A stretch of DNA of 64,000 nucleotides. It comes from Patescibacteria group bacterium. Its GTDB lineage: Bacteria > Patescibacteriota > Minisyncoccia > Moranbacterales > UBA2206. The position numbers and the translations under genes are program-made. Within the stretch, counting starts at the first letter, position 1. Every line of letters begins with the position of its first letter. The DNA lies in the NCBI GenBank assembly GCA_022711335.1, contig JAKLFF010000001.1:323016-387015 (forward strand). The letters run 5' to 3'. Below the pieces are notes generated by a model. It ran no database searches, was not told the DNA's origin, and saw only the letters and a list, made by a program, of their open reading frames with translations. This document shows, piece after piece, positions 57,897 to 64,000 of the stretch.

Positions 57897-59114
57897 ATGT
57901 TTTCTGATTTATTTAAAGAAACTATTTGGTCGCTCTCCAGCAATAAAGTCCGCTCCGGACTGACTATTCTTGGCATTGTAATCGGCATTGCTTCAGTCAT
58001 CACTATGGTCGCTATCGGGCAAGGAGCTAAAAATTCCATTTCTTCCAGCATTGAAGCTATCGGATCTAATTTGATTATAGTAATGCCGGGATCCCAGCGA
58101 GTAGGCGGCATTAATCAGGGCGGTGGAAGCGCCCAATCTTTGACCATTGAAGACGCCGACGCAATCAAAATCCAGATTTCGAGCATTAAAGCAGTCGCTC
58201 CTTCAATCACTAAGCGCTATCAAGTTACGGCCAAAGGAAATAATACCAACACCCAGGCCATCGGCACAACAGAAGATTATATGGTTGCTAGAAATGTGAG
58301 TATGGACGCCGGATCCTTTTTTAATACCCAGCAGATGAAAAGCTCAGCCAAGGTAGCCGTAATTGGCCCATCGGTCAGAGATGATCTTTTTGGGGAAAAT
58401 GTCAATCCTGTCGGCCAGACGATACGCATCAACAATATGGATTTTCAGATAGTTGGAATGACCAAGGCTAAGGGCGGATCGGGACCTAATAATCAGGATG
58501 ATGTCATTTATGTGCCGCTGACTAGCGCCCAGCATTATTTTTCCGGAGATGAATATGTCAACAATATCAGCATCGCAGCATCAGACCAAAATGCCATGGC
58601 ATCAGTCCAGGAAGATATTACCAACCTTCTTTTAAAGCGCCATAAAATTTCTGATCCTACCAAAGCTGATTTTAGCCTAATGAACCAAAATGACATTCTT
58701 TCTACCGCTTCCAGCATAACGAGCACTTTTACCATCCTGCTTTCCTCTATTGCTGGAATATCGCTTCTCGTTGGAGGAATCGGCATTATGAATATGATGC
58801 TGACGACTGTTACTGAAAGAACCAGAGAAATAGGCCTTAGAAAAGCGGTAGGAATAAAAAAAATCAATATTAATCTCCAATTTTTAGCTGAAGCTGTGGT
58901 TCTTACGCTTCTTGGCGGAATATTAGGCGTAGTGCTTGGATGGATCGCTTCTCTCGCCGTCACTCATTTTGTAAGCAGCCTAAAAACTAGTATTTCTTTT
59001 TCGGCAATCATGTTGGCTTTTGGCGTTTCCGCCGGAGTAGGAATTGTATTTGGTTTTTATCCGGCCCGGCGCGCGGCCAACTTAAGCCCGATTGAAGCTT
59101 TAAGATACGAATGA
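57897..59114 (+). CDS. ABC transporter permease, FtsX/MacB family
   Basis: N-terminal TM, large periplasmic domain, C-terminal 3-TM FtsX domain (…GGIGIMNMMLTTVTERTREIGLRKAVG…). Confidence 0.8.
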   Translation: MFSDLFKETIWSLSSNKVRSGLTILGIVIGIASVITMVAIGQGAKNSISSSIEAIGSNLIIVMPGSQRVGGINQGGGSAQSLTIEDADAIKIQISSIKAVAPSITKRYQVTAKGNNTNTQAIGTTEDYMVARNVSMDAGSFFNTQQMKSSAKVAVIGPSVRDDLFGENVNPVGQTIRINNMDFQIVGMTKAKGGSGPNNQDDVIYVPLTSAQHYFSGDEYVNNISIAASDQNAMASVQEDITNLLLKRHKISDPTKADFSLMNQNDILSTASSITSTFTILLSSIAGISLLVGGIGIMNMMLTTVTERTREIGLRKAVGIKKININLQFLAEAVVLTLLGGILGVVLGWIASLAVTHFVSSLKTSISFSAIMLAFGVSAGVGIVFGFYPARRAANLSPIEALRYE

Positions 59115-59205
59115 TAAAAAAAATTAATTTATTTTAAAATTACAGCTAAAGCAGCTGTAATTTTTTTTGGTTCTATGCTATTTTATATTCATAAAAATAA
59201 TCAGC

Positions 59206-61185
59206 ATGAAGAGGATAAGTTTTAAAATAAAAGTACTTGTTTTCCTGGAAATCATTGTTATAATTATCAATTCAATATTGGGCTATTTTATATGGAAGGA
59301 GTTAAGTTTTCTGGTACGCGAAATTTCCCGCAAAAAAATTATAGCCTTGGCTTCTACTACTGCCTATTTTATTGAGGGAGAAAAACATGAGGAAATTCAA
59401 TCAGAAAAAGACCAGCAATCCAATGCTTACCGAGAGATTCATGAAGTGCTTAAAAATATTATGGAAGCCAACCCGGAATTGGATGACATCTATACCTTGA
59501 AGCAGCTGGAAGACGGAAGCTGGATTTATGTCGCAGAGGGATATGAAACCAAAGATCTGGATGGAGACGGAGTAATAGCTGAAGATGAAATGGCAGCTTT
59601 AATTGGAGAGCCTTTCGACGCCAGCCCTTACCCAGAATTGTTTAACGCTCTTAACAATCCTTCAGCGGATTATGAAATGGGATGCGACAAATGGGGCTGC
59701 TTTCTTTCGGGATATGCCCCAATAAAGAATAAATCCGGCCAGACAGTTGCAATTGCCGCCGTAGACATCAGAGCGCAAGATGTTATTGATTTTGAAAAAA
59801 ATACGAGGATAGCTATATTCGCGACACTTGGATTTCTTTTTGTCTTTCTTCCTCTGGTCATCTACCTGTTTCTTGCCTTTATTACAAAACCAATATCTGA
59901 AATCATTAAGGGAATAAAAAATTTCGGGCAAGATCTTTCTACCCGGCTTCCCATTAAATCGGAAGATGAGTTCGGAATAATTTCCCGGACATTTAACAAC
60001 ATGGCTTCTGAACTCCAGGATCTTTATACCGGCTTGGAAGATAAAGTCAGAGAAAAAACCAGAAGTCTTGAAAAAAAAGTCAACGAGATAGAGGAAAAAA
60101 ACGCCAAAGAGGAGGCGCTTCTGACAAGCATCGGAGAAGGAATGATCGCTACTGATAAAAATGGAAAAATAATTATCACTAATAGCCAATTTGAAATATT
60201 TTTAAGGCTTTCGGCCGATAAAATAACTAACAAAAAAATATCATCCATTTGCAATCTATCCGACGACAAAGGAAATATCATCAGCGGCGAAAAACGGCCT
60301 GAAATAGCCGCCCTTAGCCATGCCAAAAAGACAACTGTTTCTCTTTTTTTAGAAAGAGCAGATAAAACAAAATTTCCGGTTATGATTACCGCTGCTCCGG
60401 TAATATTCAGAAACAAGATAATTGGATCGATAATAGTTTTCCGGGATATCACCAAAGAAAAAGAAGTTGACAGGGCAAAAAGTGAGTTTGTTTCATTGGC
60501 TTCCCACCAATTGCTGACGCCTCTAGCCAACATACGCTGGTACACTGAAATGCTTTTAGAAGATAATGGATATTCTGAAGATAAAAAGAAAAGATATTTT
60601 TCAAAAATAGAAAATTCCACCCAAAGAATGGTAGAACTGGTTCAAGATTTGCTCAATGTTAGCCGGATCGAAATGGGAGTATTTTCAATTGAAACAAGGC
60701 CTACAAATATAAAAGAGCTGATGCTGGACGCAATTAGCGAATTGTCCCATAAAATAAAAGATAAAAAAATAAAAATTCTAAAAAACTTTGATGATCTCAA
60801 AAGCTTTAATGCTGACCCCAAAATGCTCCGGATTATTTTCCAAAATCTGCTTTCCAACGCCGTAAAATACGCCAACCTCAATGGAAAAATAGAAGTCTCC
60901 GTAAGCAAAAATGAAAAAAGCGTACTTATTCGGATATCCAACAGCGGTTATGGAATTCCCCAAAATCAAGAAGATAAAATATTTACAAAATTATTCAGAG
61001 CTGATAATGTAAGAGAGGAAGAAACTGAAGGAACAGGACTGGGCCTCTACATAACAAAATCGGTAGTTGAAAATTCCGGAGGGAGAATATGGTTTGATTC
61101 AATTGAAAATAAAAACACGAATTTTTACGTTGAATATCCCTTATCCGGCATGAAAAACGTAAAGGGAAGCAAAAAATTAATCTAA
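59206..61185 (+). CDS. Sensor histidine kinase with extracytoplasmic Cache-like domain, HAMP, PAS, HisKA, HATPase_c
   Basis: TM at ~20-45, ~180-aa periplasmic domain, second TM, HAMP (…ISRTFNNMASELQD…), PAS, H-box SEFVSLASHQLLTPLANI, N/G boxes (…NAVKYA…, …GTGLGL…). Confidence 0.8.
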   Translation: MKRISFKIKVLVFLEIIVIIINSILGYFIWKELSFLVREISRKKIIALASTTAYFIEGEKHEEIQSEKDQQSNAYREIHEVLKNIMEANPELDDIYTLKQLEDGSWIYVAEGYETKDLDGDGVIAEDEMAALIGEPFDASPYPELFNALNNPSADYEMGCDKWGCFLSGYAPIKNKSGQTVAIAAVDIRAQDVIDFEKNTRIAIFATLGFLFVFLPLVIYLFLAFITKPISEIIKGIKNFGQDLSTRLPIKSEDEFGIISRTFNNMASELQDLYTGLEDKVREKTRSLEKKVNEIEEKNAKEEALLTSIGEGMIATDKNGKIIITNSQFEIFLRLSADKITNKKISSICNLSDDKGNIISGEKRPEIAALSHAKKTTVSLFLERADKTKFPVMITAAPVIFRNKIIGSIIVFRDITKEKEVDRAKSEFVSLASHQLLTPLANIRWYTEMLLEDNGYSEDKKKRYFSKIENSTQRMVELVQDLLNVSRIEMGVFSIETRPTNIKELMLDAISELSHKIKDKKIKILKNFDDLKSFNADPKMLRIIFQNLLSNAVKYANLNGKIEVSVSKNEKSVLIRISNSGYGIPQNQEDKIFTKLFRADNVREEETEGTGLGLYITKSVVENSGGRIWFDSIENKNTNFYVEYPLSGMKNVKGSKKLI

Positions 61186-61197
61186 TGCGCCAACATC

Positions 61198-61590
61198 ATG
61201 AGCAAAGAGAACAAATCAAAAACAATTCTTATCGTAGAAGATGACGGATCCATGCTTGAAGCCCTAGTCGAAAAATTCAGCTCCTCTAAATTTGATGTAT
61301 TATCAGCAAGAAACGGAGTAGAAGGCCTAGAACTGGCGCTATCCAAACATCCGGATATTATACTTCTGGATATAATAATGCCCAAGATGGACGGCCTTTC
61401 CATGCTTCGAAAATTAAAGGAAGATAGATGGGGAGCATTTGCGCCGGTTGTTATTCTTACTAATTTAAGCGACAGTCAAAAGTTATCCGAAGCGCTTGAA
61501 ATCGGCGTGGTTGAATACATCGTAAAAGCAGAAGTAAAATTAAGCGACATCGTTTTTAAGGTAAAGAGAGTTTTAGGAATGGGAGCGTAA
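61198..61590 (+). CDS. Single-domain response regulator receiver
   Basis: Acidic pocket (VEDDGS), phospho-acceptor D in IILLDIIMP, conserved T/K. 130 aa, no output domain. Confidence 0.8.
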   Translation: MSKENKSKTILIVEDDGSMLEALVEKFSSSKFDVLSARNGVEGLELALSKHPDIILLDIIMPKMDGLSMLRKLKEDRWGAFAPVVILTNLSDSQKLSEALEIGVVEYIVKAEVKLSDIVFKVKRVLGMGA

Positions 61591-61600
61591 AGCGAATTAA

Positions 61601-61640
61601 ATAAATTTAAAAAAGGCGCCGGCGCCTTTTTTGTTTTGTT
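61601..61640. terminator. Bidirectional rho-independent terminator
   Basis: AAAAAAGGCGCCGGCGCCTTTTTTGTTTTGTTTTTTTT: perfect GC palindrome flanked by A and T runs. Confidence 0.6.
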
Positions 61641-61707
61641 TTTTTTGGTGATGATTTGGATAAAAAAAGAGGGCAAACACAAAGATTCTTGCGCTTGCCC
61701 ATCGCAA

Positions 61708-62037
61708 TCATGCGCCGATAAGAAGATCAAAACCGTCTCGCAAAAGAGCCGCCTGACAATCCTGCTGGCTCCAGTCAGAGAAATGATAAACAAATCCTAT
61801 TCCCTTGATTTTGCTGGCTTTTTCGATTAAGTCTCCTACCTCTTGCTTTTCCACAGCCGGCTTAAGAGACAGGAAGATTTCCCTTTCTCCAAAAAAAATC
61901 TCAGGACAAATAAAGGATGCTGCCACCTGTTCCCGGATAACATTTGCTCCAGTGCCATTAGACGGAAACATTTTAAACACGACCACAACCGGATTTTCTT
62001 CTTTCATAAAAATCTCCCTTTCGATTTTAGTTCCCAA
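61708..62037 (-). CDS. Hypothetical protein (109 aa; possible ABM-like alpha+beta fold)
   Basis: ORF only. Overlaps the upstream small ORF by 11 nt. Confidence 0.3.
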   Translation of the reverse strand: MGTKIEREIFMKEENPVVVVFKMFPSNGTGANVIREQVAASFICPEIFFGEREIFLSLKPAVEKQEVGDLIEKASKIKGIGFVYHFSDWSQQDCQAALLRDGFDLLIGA

Positions 62038-62233
62038 TTACACTGTCTACAAATTCACGCATCCCCGGACTCATGGAACTGTTTGTAGAAGCTTTTATCA
62101 AAATAGCCTTCATCATAATTTCATCTTCTTTGGCAGCTCCTTTGAAAGCTTCTTTGGCTCCGTGAAAATTGTTCGCCTCCACAAAATTGGCGAACGTAAT
62201 AATTTTAAGCTCCGAATTCGACACTAATTTCAC
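62027..62233 (-). CDS. Hypothetical small protein (68 aa)
   Basis: ORF only, operonic with the next gene. Confidence 0.25.
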   Translation of the reverse strand: MKLVSNSELKIITFANFVEANNFHGAKEAFKGAAKEDEIMMKAILIKASTNSSMSPGMREFVDSVIGN

Positions 62234-62269
62234 CTCCTTTCGTATACATAGTTAACAAAGAACTGTTTC

Positions 62270-62312
62270 AAACCAACAAAAAAACCGATCTCACGCGAGG
62301 TCGGTTTTGGTT
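62270..62312 (-). terminator. Rho-independent terminator downstream of rpoD
   Basis: Hairpin ACCGATCTCACGCGAGGTCGGT with a T-run on the minus strand (A-run on plus). Confidence 0.5.
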
Positions 62313-62494
62313 TACTGAAAATGTTTTTATATTCTACGCCCTAATTTTCACGAAACCAAAACCGACCTTCTGGAAAAACCAGAAGAAAAAATAATAAAAG
62401 CTATAGAGGTTTTTAGTTTGTGAATTAATCATCTTTTACAATTTACAATTTAGCACCCTCAAAAATATTTGTCAAACAGGCTCGTTTTCTGATT

Positions 62495-63802
62495 CTAATA
62501 ATCCTTTAATTTCTTCACGGTTCCGTGCTCCCTAATCTTTTCAAGCGCTTTGGCTTCGATTTGCCGGATTCGTTCCCGTGTCACGCCAAACTCCTGTCCT
62601 ACTTCTTCAAGAGTGTGCGTAACGCCGTCTTCCAGCCCAAATCGGATTTTGAGAATTTTTTGCTCGCGGGGAGTAAGGTCTTTTAAAATTTCTTCCACGT
62701 GCTCTTTAAGCATTTTTCGGGAAGCCAGCTGATTCGGCATTACACCTTCAGTGTCTTCTATGAAATCGCCCAGAACTGAGTCGTCATCAGAATCGCCAAC
62801 AGAAGTTTCGAGTGAGACTGTTTCCTGGGAAATTTTTTGGATATGGCGGATTTTTTCCACTTCCAGCCCCATCTCCACGGCAATTTCCTCGGGAAGCGGC
62901 TCTCTTCCGAGATCCTGGACCAGGCGCCTTGTTACTTGGGTATATTTATTGATTGTTTCTACCATATGAACAGGAATACGAATAGTTCGAGACTGATCAG
63001 CCAGCGCACGCGTCACCGCCTGCCTTATCCACCAGGTAGCATAAGTGGAAAATTTATAGCCTTTTCGATAGTCAAATTTTTCCACTGCCCGAAAAAGACC
63101 AATATTTCCCTCCTGAATCAAATCCAAAAGAGAGAGATTGTGCGATCTTCCGACATATTTTTTAGCAATACTGACAACCAAGCGTAAATTAGCCTCGGTA
63201 AGCCGCTGTTTGGCAGCTATATCTCCCTTTTCTATTCTTTTTGCCAGCGATATTTCTTCTTCCGTAGTCAGAAGATTAACTCTCCCGATTTCCCGAAGAT
63301 ACATCTGAACAAGATCTGAGGAAGCGTCTTCGCCGATTGAAACTTCGGCAGCTTCTTTTTTAGAAGATTTTCTAGTTTTATATTTTTCCATTCCCTCCGA
63401 AATTCTATCCGTTTCCATTTTCAGCATTTCGTCGGAACTAATTACCGTTATATTGCTCTTTTCCAGCCTTTCATACAATTTTTCCAGTTTTTCAATTTCC
63501 CTCTCTGCATCCGGAATAGCATTCAAAATCTCGTCTTCCGTAATAAATCCTCTTTGCTTGGAGCGATAAATCAAATCTTCTAAAAGATCTTTCTTTTTTT
63601 CTTCCGCCTGCTCTTTTTCATCCGAACGTTGCTTTCTGGTTTTTTTTGCTGTCTTCTCTCTTCTTTTTTTCTCGGTTTTATGCAGACTCTTTTTATTCCG
63701 CAGATTTATCTTCTTCTTTCTTTTTTCCATTTTTTTCTTTCCGGATGCCTTCTTTTTTACTGCCGAATTTTTCCTTTTTTTCTTCTTTGATTTATTTTTC
63801 AT
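62495..63802 (-). CDS. rpoD: Primary sigma factor RpoD (sigma-70) with an unusually basic Lys/Arg-rich N-terminal ~80 aa
   Basis: Regions 1.2-4.2 (…[41 protein letters not shown]…, …[24 protein letters not shown]…). N-terminus [31 protein letters not shown]…. Confidence 0.9.
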   Translation of the reverse strand: MKNKSKKKKRKNSAVKKKASGKKKMEKRKKKINLRNKKSLHKTEKKRREKTAKKTRKQRSDEKEQAEEKKKDLLEDLIYRSKQRGFITEDEILNAIPDAEREIEKLEKLYERLEKSNITVISSDEMLKMETDRISEGMEKYKTRKSSKKEAAEVSIGEDASSDLVQMYLREIGRVNLLTTEEEISLAKRIEKGDIAAKQRLTEANLRLVVSIAKKYVGRSHNLSLLDLIQEGNIGLFRAVEKFDYRKGYKFSTYATWWIRQAVTRALADQSRTIRIPVHMVETINKYTQVTRRLVQDLGREPLPEEIAVEMGLEVEKIRHIQKISQETVSLETSVGDSDDDSVLGDFIEDTEGVMPNQLASRKMLKEHVEEILKDLTPREQKILKIRFGLEDGVTHTLEEVGQEFGVTRERIRQIEAKALEKIREHGTVKKLKDY

Positions 63803-63822
63803 AATTTTTGAAAAAACTTAAA

Positions 63823-64000
63823 CCAAATCCTGACAGATTTTGTTAAATTCGGACCTTAAAAATTTTATGGCCTCTTGATCTTTTTTTTCTTCGGCAACTT
63901 TCAGATCATGTGTAATTTTTTGAAGCTTTTCTTTTTTAAGTTCCCTTTTTATCTCAACTATGATTTCGTCCAATTCTCTATCCTGATCGGCTATGATTAT
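63823..64000 (-). CDS. 3' end of a gene running off the window (possibly dnaG primase C-terminus, by synteny with rpoD)
   Basis: Open minus-strand frame …ELDEIIVEIKRELKKEKLQKITHDLKVAEEKKDQEAIKFLRSEFNKICQDLV* ending just upstream of rpoD. Identity inferred only from the conserved dnaG-rpoD order. Confidence 0.3.

Overview
Low-GC bacterial window, most likely from a Candidate Phyla Radiation (Patescibacteria) genome: almost every gene is on the minus strand, proteins are compact, AspRS is archaeal-type, and the 16S rRNA gene is heavily interrupted. Standard genetic code is in use: TGA ends mraY and the IS transposase.

Layout, all coordinates approximate where marked ~:
(1) 1-2650: a thioredoxin / DsbA-like pair, a MinD-type ATPase carrying Cys-rich [4Fe-4S]-type motifs, two NifX/NafY-like Fe-S cofactor carrier proteins and a DUF5320 protein.
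(2) 3216-6686: a PIF1 helicase operonic with a Fic protein whose catalytic His is replaced by Gln, then an unknown membrane protein.
(3) ~6984-10650: a 16S rRNA gene stretched to ~3.65 kb by at least five insertions. These include an intron encoding a LAGLIDADG homing endonuclease, an ORF-less intron in the 1390s region, and two copies of a ~110-nt AT-rich hairpin element. No 23S is nearby.
(4) 11.2-35.2 kb: a housekeeping block (GH1 glucosidase, serS, lysS, greA, mrdA-mreDCB, pgk, mraY, dacA-like, scpAB, ybaK-like, aspS, ispH/ispG, a sugar dehydrogenase) with several repeated intergenic motifs.
(5) 35.2-47.8 kb: an accessory islet bounded by a small inverted-repeat element and an IS3-family insertion sequence. 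It carries methyltransferases, MFS transporters (one behind a ~300-nt structured leader), a second Fic protein, an AbiEii-like nucleotidyltransferase pair, and a REC-HK-SET-HK operon.
(6) 46.2-52.4 kb: a zone of gene decay. The IS3 truncates both flanking genes (nfi and an unknown gene), a PA14 surface protein carries an in-frame TGA at a conserved Trp position, and an amidohydrolase is frameshifted in an A7 run.
(7) 52.4-64 kb: typA, an ECF sigma / anti-sigma / MacAB-like efflux / HK-RR module, and rpoD with a strongly basic N-terminus.

Most worth a second look: the SET-domain methyltransferase embedded between two paralogous 7TM histidine kinases; the small TTGTCAT...ATGACAA inverted-repeat element family, one copy of which sits inside a 16S insertion; and a GC-rich, tightly coupled cassette of three small genes between serS and lysS.
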